A stretch of DNA of 39,208 nt, from IMG/VR virus record IMGVR_UViG_3300045988_042900, positions 1 to 39,208 of that record. The stretch is one strand, 5' to 3'. The stretch comes from a virus. A program made the position numbers and the translations under genes. Positions 6,434-14,222 of the stretch are shown piece by piece (the stretch's first letter is position 1; each line of letters starts with the position of its first letter). The notes beneath the pieces were generated by a model. The model made no database searches and had not been told where the DNA came from. It saw only the letters and a list, made by a program, of their open reading frames with translations.

Positions 6434-6803
6434 ATTTGCCGTCTGTAATGGTTTCTGCGAGGTGGGCTAAGGTTTCCCAATCCTGCTCCGTCCATTTTGC
6501 CATAGCTGCAACCAGCCGCCTGCGGAATGTCTCCGGCTCGTCTTTAAGCACAGAATGTAGGAAGCTACTGATTTCCTCGTCTTTAGATTGAGCTATACGC
6601 TCGGCCCCTTCTCCAGTTCTGAGCCACTCTTCTCGGATTCCGAACTCACGGCAAATAGACTTTACCGTTTGGTCGGATGGATTATTTATTCCTTTTTCGA
6701 TGTAACTGCAAGCTGACGCCGATATTCCTATCTTTGATCCAAATTGATCCAGCGTCATTTTTGCGATTTCTTTACGGACGTGCTTAATTCTCGCATTTAT
6801 CAT
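6432..6803 (-). CDS. XRE-family HTH repressor (CI-like)
   Basis: The HTH reads MTLDQFGSKIGISASACSYIEKGINNPS. The gene is transcribed divergently from the early operon. The RBS is GGAGGTGAGGAG. Confidence 0.85.
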   Translation of the reverse strand: MINARIKHVRKEIAKMTLDQFGSKIGISASACSYIEKGINNPSDQTVKSICREFGIREEWLRTGEGAERIAQSKDEEISSFLHSVLKDEPETFRRRLVAAMAKWTEQDWETLAHLAETITDGK

Positions 6804-6825
6804 ATCTCCTCACCTCCTTAAACCT

Positions 6826-6854
6826 AATATACCACTCTCCATGGAAAAAATCAA
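6826..6854 (-). promoter_or_regulatory. Repressor promoter (TTGATT, 17 nt, TATATT)
   Basis: On the minus strand the -35 is at 6854-6849 and the -10 at 6831-6826. Confidence 0.55.
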
Positions 6855-6884
6855 GTAAAAAATCAATTTAATTAAAAATAATGC

Positions 6885-6913
6885 TTGACATTTGGATTAG
6901 ATTGATATATACT
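6885..6913 (+). promoter_or_regulatory. Early rightward promoter (TTGACA, 17 nt, TATACT)
   Basis: A consensus -35 at 6885-6890 and the -10 at 6908-6913 are separated by 17 nt. Confidence 0.7.
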
Positions 6914-6960
6914 TAAATCACATTAAATAACACAACACAAAATTACATGGGGGTAAGCAC

Positions 6961-7167
6961 ATGGACGATTTAACCCTAGAGGGCTTGTTAAAGGGACACC
7001 GAATGATAACCGATGATACCAAGATCATCATCCGGGACGCCATGAATACAAAGGTTGTGGCGGTCGGTAATTGGTTTGAGGACAGCATAATGGAGCAAAT
7101 GGACAAGCCTATTTCGTGCCTTGGCTATTATGCAATAACAAACCGGCTGCACATCATCCTAAAATGA
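6961..7167 (+). CDS. Hypothetical early protein
   Basis: This is the first ORF after the early promoter. The RBS is weak (GGGGG). Confidence 0.55.
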   Translation: MDDLTLEGLLKGHRMITDDTKIIIRDAMNTKVVAVGNWFEDSIMEQMDKPISCLGYYAITNRLHIILK

Positions 7168-7230
7168 GGCCCTGAGCGGTGAGCCTTAATCGCCGCATCC
7201 CATAAATCCCACCGAAAAGGAGGCTATAAC

Positions 7231-7374
7231 ATGAGCGAGAAAGAGAAAAAGATGGCTGACACCATCAAAAAGGCACTGCCGAAAATGACCGACTTTGATA
7301 AGGGTTACTTTTTGGCAAAGGCTGAATCCGCTATGGAGGAGGCTATGAAAAAGGAGACCGAGCGCCATGACTGA
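7231..7374 (+). CDS. 47-aa hypothetical early protein
   Basis: AAAGGAGG at 7216-7223 precedes the ATG at 7231. It is not in the ORF track because it is under 60 aa. Confidence 0.55.
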   Translation: MSEKEKKMADTIKKALPKMTDFDKGYFLAKAESAMEEAMKKETERHD

Positions 7375-7489
7375 TGTAAAACTCACCCAGGCGCAGGCTC
7401 AGTACATTTGGGATGTCCTGGCAGACATCTGGGGCAGAAAACACGGGGTAAAACTTACTGTGACCGTCACCCCAAAGGAGGGAGAATGA
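7367..7489 (+). CDS. 40-aa hypothetical early protein
   Basis: The ATG overlaps the previous gene's end, and the stop overlaps the next start as ATGA (translational coupling). Confidence 0.45.
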   Translation: MTDVKLTQAQAQYIWDVLADIWGRKHGVKLTVTVTPKEGE

Positions 7490-7662
7490 ACGCGCCGTGT
7501 AAGGATTGCCCAGAACGGCATTCCGTATGCCATGATACCTGTGAGCGCTACCAAGCGTTCCACCAGGAGCGGGTAGAAATCAGCCGGAAGCGGCAGATGG
7601 ACATCATCCGATACCGGGACGATAAAAGATGGCACCCCAGGGCAATCCGGGGTGAACAATAA
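7486..7662 (+). CDS. Small Cys/His-rich protein (CKDCPERHSVCHDTCERY)
   Basis: AAAGGAGGGA sits immediately upstream of the ATG at 7486, so this internal start is preferred over the track start at 7408. Confidence 0.6.
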   Translation: MNAPCKDCPERHSVCHDTCERYQAFHQERVEISRKRQMDIIRYRDDKRWHPRAIRGEQ

Positions 7663-7678
7663 AAATGGAGGAATCTGC

Positions 7679-8143
7679 ATGAAAAAGTACGAACTTGCTA
7701 GCGAGGCTAAGGTAGAGTGTGGTGTAACGCTGCACCAAATCCGCGCTCTGGTTGATATCGAGCGCTATGGAGTAAAAGCTGGTGACTTGGGTGGCTGGAT
7801 TGAGAGTGAGGCCAACCTGGATCATAAGAGCGAGGCCTGGGTGTCCGGCGAGGCCCAGGTGTTCGGCGAGGCCCGGGTGTTCGGCAAGGCCAGGGTGTCC
7901 AAAACAGACCATGTATTGACTGTTGGGCCGATTGGAAGCCGTGACGGTACGACTACATTCTTCCGCGCGAAGTTTTCGGATGGCTTTGCTATCTCCGTTT
8001 GCTGCGGATGCTTTTATGGCACGGTGGATGAGTTTCGGGGCAAGGTTAAGGCGACCCACGGTGACAGCAAGCACGGCAAAGCATACCAACTTGCCGCAGA
8101 CCTTGCAGAGACTCAGATTGAGCTTGATGAGGAGGAGCTGTGA
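7679..8143 (+). CDS. Hexapeptide-repeat (beta-helix-like) protein
   Basis: GGAGG sits 7 nt before the ATG at 7679. The product contains the repeats EAWVSG/EAQVFG/EARVFG/KARVSK. Confidence 0.7.
   Translation: MKKYELASEAKVECGVTLHQIRALVDIERYGVKAGDLGGWIESEANLDHKSEAWVSGEAQVFGEARVFGKARVSKTDHVLTVGPIGSRDGTTTFFRAKFSDGFAISVCCGCFYGTVDEFRGKVKATHGDSKHGKAYQLAADLAETQIELDEEEL
7830..7901 (+). repeat. 4 x 18-bp tandem repeat (in-frame, coding)
   Basis: The units are GCGAGGCCTGGGTGTCCG, GCGAGGCCCAGGTGTTCG, GCGAGGCCCGGGTGTTCG and GCAAGGCCAGGGTGTCCA. Confidence 0.85.
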
Positions 8144-8358
8144 TGGCGACGTATTATTCCGATGATCCCATTGCGGATTTCGGCCGCTGGGATCGGGATC
8201 AGCAAAAATTGCTGGACAAGCTCCCGAGATGCTACGCCTGCGATGAGCCCATACAGGACGATGTTTGCTATTGTTTCAATGGGCACAAGTATTGCCTGGA
8301 CTGCAAGGATGCAGCCGCAGATGATATCCTGCCCGAGTTTTTGGAGGCGACGGTATGA
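8143..8358 (+). CDS. Small Cys-rich (zinc-finger-like) protein
   Basis: The start overlaps the previous stop as TGATG. Cys pairs read CYACDEP...CYCFNGHKYCLDC. Confidence 0.6.
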   Translation: MATYYSDDPIADFGRWDRDQQKLLDKLPRCYACDEPIQDDVCYCFNGHKYCLDCKDAAADDILPEFLEATV

Positions 8359-8591
8359 TTGGCCCCAATTCTGGAGTGTCGCGGTACATCACCGGCACCT
8401 ACACTGTCAAGGTGCATTTCCCGGTTGATCTGCGGGGGAATGTTTATCTAAATTGCCGCCAATGCAAGTACTTCCGGCGCACATCGAGCACCTGTGGGCT
8501 TAATAGTGAGGTCTGCGAGTTTCCTGATCAGTATCGTGGATCATGCTGCCCACTGACTTTTGATATTGTGGAGGACAAAGATGGAGGTTAA
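8355..8591 (+). CDS. Small Cys-rich protein
   Basis: The start overlaps the previous stop as ATGA. Cys residues read CRQC...C...C...CC. Confidence 0.55.
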   Translation: MIGPNSGVSRYITGTYTVKVHFPVDLRGNVYLNCRQCKYFRRTSSTCGLNSEVCEFPDQYRGSCCPLTFDIVEDKDGG

Positions 8592-9312
8592 ATTTCGCAC
8601 ACTGCGCCCCGATGAAATTGAGTGCCGGGTAAAACAGATCACCAACGATTATCTGGTGATTCTGCTCTACAAGAATTCTCGGGTGGACATGGACTTGATG
8701 GATGAGACCGTCGGCCCTATGAATTGGAGCCGGAGGCATTGCAGAGACAATGCCAACTGCGTGGTCAGCATCTACGATGCAGACAAGCGCGAGTGGGTAT
8801 CCAAGGAGGACACCGGCACCGAGAGCAACACCGAAGCTGAGAAGGGCCTTGCCTCTGACAGTTTTAAGCGTGCGTGTGTCAACTGGGGCATTGGCCGTGA
8901 GTTGTATTCCGCGCCGCGAATCTATGTGAAATCGACCGACTGCAACGTCGGTCAGGGCCGGAATGGCAAGTCCGTGTGCAAGGACAGTTTCAGCGTCTCG
9001 CGCGTCAACTATAACGACGCGCGGAAGATTGACCAGCTGGAGCTTATCAATAATCGGACTGGCAAGGTAGTCTTCTGCTTCCCGGCTGCTCCCAAGCAGC
9101 CGGACAAGCCCACACCTCCCGCTCCGCCACCGGCTGTGGTCAAGTGCAAGGACTGTGAAAAGCCCATTACTGATGTGACCTGGGCAAACGGCACCCAAAC
9201 CAGTGCCAAGACTATGGTCAACAAGACCATTCAGATATACGGCGTGCCGCTCTGCGGCGACTGCTACACCATGAGACGTGCGAAGGAGAAGACCGATGGA
9301 AACCAGAGCTGA
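8581..9312 (+). CDS. Rad52/Sak-like single-strand annealing protein with a C-terminal zinc ribbon
   Basis: The motif run MDLMDETVGPMNW...EDTGTESNTEAEKGLASDSFKRACVNWGIGRELY matches the phage Rad52-like/DUF1071 pattern as I recall it. The zinc ribbon is CKDC...CGDC. The start is taken at the ATG at 8581. Confidence 0.75.
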   Translation: MEVKFRTLRPDEIECRVKQITNDYLVILLYKNSRVDMDLMDETVGPMNWSRRHCRDNANCVVSIYDADKREWVSKEDTGTESNTEAEKGLASDSFKRACVNWGIGRELYSAPRIYVKSTDCNVGQGRNGKSVCKDSFSVSRVNYNDARKIDQLELINNRTGKVVFCFPAAPKQPDKPTPPAPPPAVVKCKDCEKPITDVTWANGTQTSAKTMVNKTIQIYGVPLCGDCYTMRRAKEKTDGNQS

Positions 9313-9832
9313 CCGGATCAACTGGTCTATTGACCAAGACGGCACGTGGCTCCATCTCCTGGTCACGGACGGCCAGGAAGCCCGGGCATACGCCGAGAGC
9401 GCGGACAAGCCCCAGCGGGTCAAAATCACCCGCTGGCGGGACAAGCGGAGCCTATCCGCCAACGCATACGCCTGGACGTTGCTGGGCAAGCTGTCTGCGG
9501 CGCTCCACCTCCCCCCAGAGGAGATATACCGTCAGCTGATCCCGGATGTTGGCGACAACTACACCACCGTCACCGTTGACCTTCTGGGCCTTGACAAGCT
9601 CCGGGAAACCTGGGGCAACAATGGGAAGGGCTGGTTGGTTGACGTGATCGGGGCCGGGGTTAAAACCGGCACCCTGGATGTGGCCCTCTATTATGGCTCC
9701 AGCGTCTACGACACTGCCCAGATGGCCCGGCTTATTGACCTGATCGTCGCCGAGTGCCGCGAGAACGGCATTGAATATTTGCCACCGGATCAGCTGGCGG
9801 CAATGCTGGAGGATTGGCATGGGGAGCGTTAA
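9296..9832 (+). CDS. NinB/Orf-like recombination mediator
   Basis: RSLSANAYAWTLLGKLS parallels lambda NinB RSLDQNRKLWACLGDVS. The C-terminal MARLIDLIVAECRENGIE region is also similar. AAGGAG precedes the ATG at 9296. Confidence 0.55.
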   Translation: METRADRINWSIDQDGTWLHLLVTDGQEARAYAESADKPQRVKITRWRDKRSLSANAYAWTLLGKLSAALHLPPEEIYRQLIPDVGDNYTTVTVDLLGLDKLRETWGNNGKGWLVDVIGAGVKTGTLDVALYYGSSVYDTAQMARLIDLIVAECRENGIEYLPPDQLAAMLEDWHGER

Positions 9833-10127
9833 AAGAGCCACCTCTATCCCAGCAGAGGTTAAAGAGACAGTGCGGGAGCGGGACAACGGACGCTGCATTA
9901 TCTGCGGCGCACCGGGAAACCCCTGGTGCCACTACATCCCACGCTCTGCCTTGGGGCTGGGTGTGGAGCAGAATATCGTGACGCTGTGTGACAGGTGCCA
10001 CCGGCAGTATGACCAGAGCACATTACGACCCGCTTACAAGCGGATCATTGAGGACTATTTGAGCACCAGATATCCGGGGTGGGATCCGGAGAATCTGGTA
10101 TACCATAAAGGAGGGCACAATGCTTAA
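9819..10127 (+). CDS. HNH endonuclease
   Basis: The motif reads CIICG...H.IPRS....N...LC..CH. Confidence 0.75.
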   Translation: MGSVKRATSIPAEVKETVRERDNGRCIICGAPGNPWCHYIPRSALGLGVEQNIVTLCDRCHRQYDQSTLRPAYKRIIEDYLSTRYPGWDPENLVYHKGGHNA

Positions 10128-10512
10128 TCACATCACACTAGCTGGACGGCTTACAGCTGATCCGGAGCTGAGACGGACGCAGAGCGGGATTGCGGTTGCA
10201 TCCTTTAATCTGGCCGTGGATCAGGACTACAAGGCGCAAAATGGCGACAGGGGCGTGGATTTTATCCCCATTGTGGCCTGGAGAGGCACGGCTGAATTTG
10301 CCGAGAAATACTTCGAGAAGGGCCAGATGGTGATTGTTTCCGGGCGATTGGCCAGCCGCCGCTACGAGGACAAGAACGGTAACAAGCGGACGGCCTATGA
10401 GGTTGTAGCCAGCAACATCTATTTTGCTGGGAGCAAGGCAAAAAGCGAAACCGATTCTGCGCCTCAGAAATTTGACGATTTCGCTGACGATGACAGCGAT
10501 TTACCATTTTAA
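10120..10512 (+). CDS. ssb: Single-stranded DNA-binding protein
   Basis: The OB-fold N-terminus reads MLNHITLAGRLTADPELR. The acidic tail ends in DDDSDLPF. Confidence 0.9.
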   Translation: MLNHITLAGRLTADPELRRTQSGIAVASFNLAVDQDYKAQNGDRGVDFIPIVAWRGTAEFAEKYFEKGQMVIVSGRLASRRYEDKNGNKRTAYEVVASNIYFAGSKAKSETDSAPQKFDDFADDDSDLPF

Positions 10513-10515
10513 GCC

Positions 10516-10881
10516 ATGGCCTATAACAAGTATCACGCCCGCAAAATTCGGGCGGACGGGCAGACGTTTGACAGCCGAAAAGAATTTAAGCGATACCGAG
10601 AGCTGCAAATCTTAGAGGCTGCCGGACGTATCACAGACCTGCGCAGACAGATTGCATTTGAGCTAATCCCGGCGCAGAGAGAGCCGGACATTACGGGGCC
10701 TAGAGGCGGTAAACGCCCGGGCAAGGTGATTGAGCGGCCTTGCCGTTACATAGCCGATTTTGTCTACCGGCAAGACGGCAAAACGGTGGTTGAGGACTGT
10801 AAAGGCGTACGCACACCGGAGTATACCATCAAACGTAAGCTGATGCTCTGGAGATATCAAATCAGGATTTTGGAGACTTAG
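10516..10881 (+). CDS. DUF1064-type phage nuclease (putative resolvase-like)
   Basis: The pattern is KYHARK...DGQTFDSRKEFKRYRELQ...YIADFVY...VEDCKG. Confidence 0.7.
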   Translation: MAYNKYHARKIRADGQTFDSRKEFKRYRELQILEAAGRITDLRRQIAFELIPAQREPDITGPRGGKRPGKVIERPCRYIADFVYRQDGKTVVEDCKGVRTPEYTIKRKLMLWRYQIRILET

Positions 10882-10890
10882 GAGGATATC

Positions 10891-11529
10891 GTGAAAAAAA
10901 TCACCGATGTCCCGAACGAGTACCTCGAAGAAATGGACTGCTTGAGTGACGCAGAGTTCGGAAGACTAATCAGGGGGCTGTTACAATACAGCATTACTGG
11001 TGTGGAGCCCGATCTTAAAGGCACGGAACGGCTGTTTTGGAAGACGGTACGCAATCGGGAAGATAGGTTTGCGGAGGCGTATACGCAGAGATGCGCCACA
11101 CAGAAAGAAAACGGTAAAAAAGGTGGCAGACCGAAAAACCCACCGGTTATTTTGGAAAACCCAAAAAACCCACGGGTTTTTTCAGAAACCCAAAAAACCC
11201 AACTGAACAGAACAGAACTGAACAGAACAGAACTGAACAGAACTGAACTGGGGAATAAAGGGGCGCATGACGCGCCCACTCGCCACCGCTATGGCGAATA
11301 TGAAAACGTCCTCTTGACGGATGATGAGCTGGGAAAGCTAAAAAACGAGTTCCCGTCTGACTGGCAGGAGCGGATTGAGCGGCTCAGTGGGTACATTGCA
11401 TCGAGTGGGAAAAAATACAAGAGCCACCTGGCTACCATCCGTAACTGGGCGAGAAAAGAAAAGCCCACAGCAAACAACGGGGGCCTCATCATGGGCATTA
11501 ACCCGGACGAATTGGAGGGGATATTTTGA
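10891..11529 (+). CDS. Replisome-organizer-like / DUF6291-like replication protein
   Basis: The start is GTG with RBS AGGAGGA. Motifs include NGKKGGRPKNP, and YGEYENVLLTDDE...KKYKSHLATIRNWARKE in the C-terminal half. Iteron-like repeats are embedded in the gene. Confidence 0.6.
   Translation: MKKITDVPNEYLEEMDCLSDAEFGRLIRGLLQYSITGVEPDLKGTERLFWKTVRNREDRFAEAYTQRCATQKENGKKGGRPKNPPVILENPKNPRVFSETQKTQLNRTELNRTELNRTELGNKGAHDAPTRHRYGEYENVLLTDDELGKLKNEFPSDWQERIERLSGYIASSGKKYKSHLATIRNWARKEKPTANNGGLIMGINPDELEGIF
11131..11250 (+). repeat. Iteron-like repeat cluster inside the replication gene (candidate ori)
   Basis: There are four AAAAACCCA-type units (two extend to AAAAACCCAC(C/G)GGTT). They are followed by about 3 x 15-bp CTGAACAGAACAGAA tandem units at 11203-11250, which encode (NRTEL)3. 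Confidence 0.6.
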
Positions 11530-11846
11530 CAAACTCGGAGGCGGTAAAATTTGTCGGTCTGTACAGGCAATTTTACCCAGTCAAAGACACGGAGATACGC
11601 AACAAGGCGGCTGCTTTTGCCCTGGCGTTTGAGGCTCAGAGCTACGAGGACGCCAAGGCGGCGCTACAGGCGTTTGTCCAGTCAGACACAAAAGGCTATG
11701 CGCCTACCGTTGGGCAACTCATGGAGCGGATGCCACAGCGGAAAGAAGAACCCATGTGGGGCCGTGTGAGCAAATGGGACGTGGAGCACAGCAGAGAGCA
11801 GATGGCGGAGATGTTGCGAGGCTGGGGGAATGAAAAATATGGGTAA
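11526..11846 (+). CDS. Putative helicase loader (G39P-like); assignment tentative
   Basis: The start is TTG with GGAGGGG 5 nt upstream. Size, position after the organizer gene, and helical composition support the call. Confidence 0.4.
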   Translation: MTNSEAVKFVGLYRQFYPVKDTEIRNKAAAFALAFEAQSYEDAKAALQAFVQSDTKGYAPTVGQLMERMPQRKEEPMWGRVSKWDVEHSREQMAEMLRGWGNEKYG

Positions 11847-12648
11847 TGCAGAGGTCACCCAGAGAGGCAAGCGGTGGTATGTGACCCGCAATGGAGAGTT
11901 TGTTGGACGGTACTCCACGGAGGCCGAAGCGGCAAGGGCGGCGGAGATTGCTGCAAACTCGGACGTGTGGCCACCGTGCTCTGGATGCGAGGGAATCCGA
12001 TGGCGCAGCGGGAAATGGGAATTTCGTGCATATGGGGTGTGGTGCCGAGACGTTGACCTTACGGCGGTGATAAAATACCGCGACAAACACACAAACGTTG
12101 CCAAGCGGAAGAGCGAAAAGCCGAAAATTGGCAATGGCGGTAGCGGATGCGCAAAATGTGTCTGGAGACTTTCGCTGAGCGGCGGGGAGAAGGGGCAAAA
12201 CCGGTACCACTGTGGGTATTCCCTCTGCCTCGGGCATCACTCACGGATATATCTCCACTACCAACGTACCGGGACGCAGAGCCTGGAAGGGTTTACCTCC
12301 GGCACTGGATGCACGGAATTTATGGCTGGGAACCCAAGGGATAAGCTGTCACTGATGCAAGATGACCCCGCAAACGTCACGGAAAAGGCGTGGGCGTTGC
12401 TGGAAAAAGAGGGCGTGATAACACGTGCGGACGCCAAGACGAGCGCAACCAGAAAACCGTACAACCTGACCACAGATATGGACATGGAAAAAGCTAAGGC
12501 ACTAAAAAGCCGCTACACATGGAGAGAAATTGCTACAGCCGCCGGGCTAAGCGTCAATGGCGCAAAGGGCAGCTGGGAGAGGCAGAGAATTAACCGGCAG
12601 GCCGCAAAGCGGCTGCTGGACGCATATGGGATTGACATCACAAAATAA
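11830..12648 (+). CDS. DNA-binding protein with an AP2-like N-terminus and a Cys-rich middle
   Basis: KRWYVTRNGEFVGRYSTEAEAARAAE fits the AP2-type strand-helix pattern. Several CxxC-like pairs follow. The C-terminal end looks HTH-like. Confidence 0.55.
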   Translation: MKNMGNAEVTQRGKRWYVTRNGEFVGRYSTEAEAARAAEIAANSDVWPPCSGCEGIRWRSGKWEFRAYGVWCRDVDLTAVIKYRDKHTNVAKRKSEKPKIGNGGSGCAKCVWRLSLSGGEKGQNRYHCGYSLCLGHHSRIYLHYQRTGTQSLEGFTSGTGCTEFMAGNPRDKLSLMQDDPANVTEKAWALLEKEGVITRADAKTSATRKPYNLTTDMDMEKAKALKSRYTWREIATAAGLSVNGAKGSWERQRINRQAAKRLLDAYGIDITK

Positions 12649-12681
12649 GCTGGCGAGCATAAAACGCATGGAGGAATCATC

Positions 12682-13278
12682 ATGAAAAAGTTGCATATCA
12701 AGCTCACATTTACCGCTCCCGTGCTGGGAACCAGCCCCGCCAACGAGGACATTTACCGCGATTTTATCGGGAGCAAGGCCCCGGACGCTGCCAGCGTGGA
12801 GGACGAGATTGCAGCACTGGGCGCAGATGCCGTGATTGAGAAGGGCATGACCGTGTTCCCCCGCACGGAGGACGGCAGACCATTTTTCTACGACTACCAG
12901 ATTAAGGGATTTTTCGAGGATTCCTGCGGTGGGCTGCGGAAAGTCACTGGCTCTGAGTCCAGCAAAATCAAAGCCTATAAAAAGGAGATTGACAAGCTGA
13001 TTTTCCCACAGCCCCGCCAAATCCCCATCAGCTTTGAGGGAGAAATTGGGAAATGCGAACGGCCGCTGAGAGCAGCCACCGCCCAGGGCGAACGGATCAG
13101 CCTTGCCTGCTCCGAGCAGATTCCCGCTGGCGCGACCTGTGAGTTTGACGTGGTGCTCCTGAGTGACAGCCATGAGAAAGCCCTCCGTGAATGGTTGGAC
13201 TACGGTTGCCTGAGCGGAATCGGGCAGTGGCGGAACTCCGGAATGGGCAGATTTACTTGGGAGGAAATCCCCCAATAA
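12682..13278 (+). CDS. Uncharacterised protein with a C-terminal GhGxxxxxGhG (RAMP/Cas6-like) glycine loop
   Basis: The RBS is GGAGGA. The N-terminal strand is KLHIKLTFTAPVLG. The C-terminus GIGQWRNSGMGRF fits the Cas6-type G-rich loop pattern. The family assignment is unverified. Confidence 0.7.
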   Translation: MKKLHIKLTFTAPVLGTSPANEDIYRDFIGSKAPDAASVEDEIAALGADAVIEKGMTVFPRTEDGRPFFYDYQIKGFFEDSCGGLRKVTGSESSKIKAYKKEIDKLIFPQPRQIPISFEGEIGKCERPLRAATAQGERISLACSEQIPAGATCEFDVVLLSDSHEKALREWLDYGCLSGIGQWRNSGMGRFTWEEIPQ

Positions 13279-13879
13279 GCAACGGCATTGCCCTGAAACG
13301 CGCCGAGCTGATACGCAATGGCATGGAATAGCTCAGACGTGCTAGGCAACGGAATGGCACCGCTTCCAAACGCAAAGGAGTAGAACAGTACGCCAATGCC
13401 GAGCAAAGGAAATGCGCAGCCTAGATTCGCGCCGAAGCGCAAAGGAATTGAATTGAACCGCTTGGAATCGAAACTGCAATGGAATTGCATGGGAAAGCGG
13501 CGAAAAGCTACGAGGAGAAGAGCATGGCAATGGCATTGCGGATCAAAGATGTGATATGCAACGGAACGGCACAGCGCGCTGCAAGGGAGAAGCATAGAGA
13601 AGTCCAGAGAAGCGGAGCGAAGGAGGTGCATAGAACCGTTATGCATGGTGATACTTTGATCTGGGCAATGAACGGCATGGCGATGGATAAGCAAGGCAAT
13701 GAACGGCATGGCGATGGATAAGCAGGGAATGGCTCAGAGACGCAAAGACCCGCAAAGGGGTTGGACAGCATGGCTATGAGCGGCAACGCCAGGGAAATGC
13801 GACGACCTGCACGGCAAAGATGAGCAAAGGAACAGGTATGCATTGAACTGGACTACAATTACCAAATGGAGGAATCAAA
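13279..13879 (+). repeat. 600-bp noncoding, purine-rich motif array (12 x GCAANGG, mostly GCAANGGAA/T)
   Basis: The motif starts at 13279, 13315, 13346, 13372, 13403, 13439, 13476, 13527, 13558, 13581, 13752 and 13824, commonly 26-37 nt apart. No ORF here has an RBS. Short hairpins include GCAATGGCATTGC and TGCAATGGAATTGCA. Confidence 0.8.
13664..13724 (+). repeat. Perfect 30-nt direct repeat x2 (31-nt period)
   Basis: GGCAATGAACGGCATGGCGATGGATAAGCA occurs at 13664-13693 and 13695-13724. Confidence 0.9.
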
Positions 13880-14209
13880 ATGAAAACAATCACAATTAAC
13901 GAGGTGGGCTGGGACTTGCACCTCCTGTATCGGGAGGCAATCCAGACCAAGGCACGCCGGGGGCTATTTGGATATATGCTCCGGACGGGCCGGGCTGATA
14001 ACCTGATTTTCGGCGGTGCTTTCCAGCTGCTCAAACAGCTGGAGCCGGTCTGGGGTAAGGAGGCTTACAGCCTCCGCCCCGAGACTTCGGCGGCACGGGA
14101 AATAATCGCTGTTACTGAGGTTGCTCTTGCGGGTGGATTTGATCGGTTCGCGCTTTCACGCCGGGAGATGCAGCGGACGATTAGAGCACTGGACGATATT
14201 GAGATTTAG
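13880..14209 (+). CDS. Hypothetical protein
   Basis: GGAGGA sits 7 nt before the ATG. Confidence 0.65.
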   Translation: MKTITINEVGWDLHLLYREAIQTKARRGLFGYMLRTGRADNLIFGGAFQLLKQLEPVWGKEAYSLRPETSAAREIIAVTEVALAGGFDRFALSRREMQRTIRALDDIEI

Positions 14210-14222
14210 GAGGCGCATTATT

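Noticed and set aside
8500-9489. A 329-aa minus-strand ORF.
   Set aside because: It is antisense to the Rad52-like and NinB-like genes, which carry recognisable motifs and RBSs.
13479-13721. The 80-aa plus ORF and the 169-aa and 111-aa minus ORFs inside the motif array.
   Set aside because: They have no RBS. Their translations are repetitive artefacts of the GCAANGG motif, and the frames are not maintained across the region.
13279-13879. A CRISPR array or a type III toxin-antitoxin RNA repeat.
   Set aside because: There is no fixed-length repeat alternating with unique spacers. Only a 7-10-nt motif recurs at variable spacing, plus one 30-nt duplication. No ToxN/AbiQ-like gene follows.
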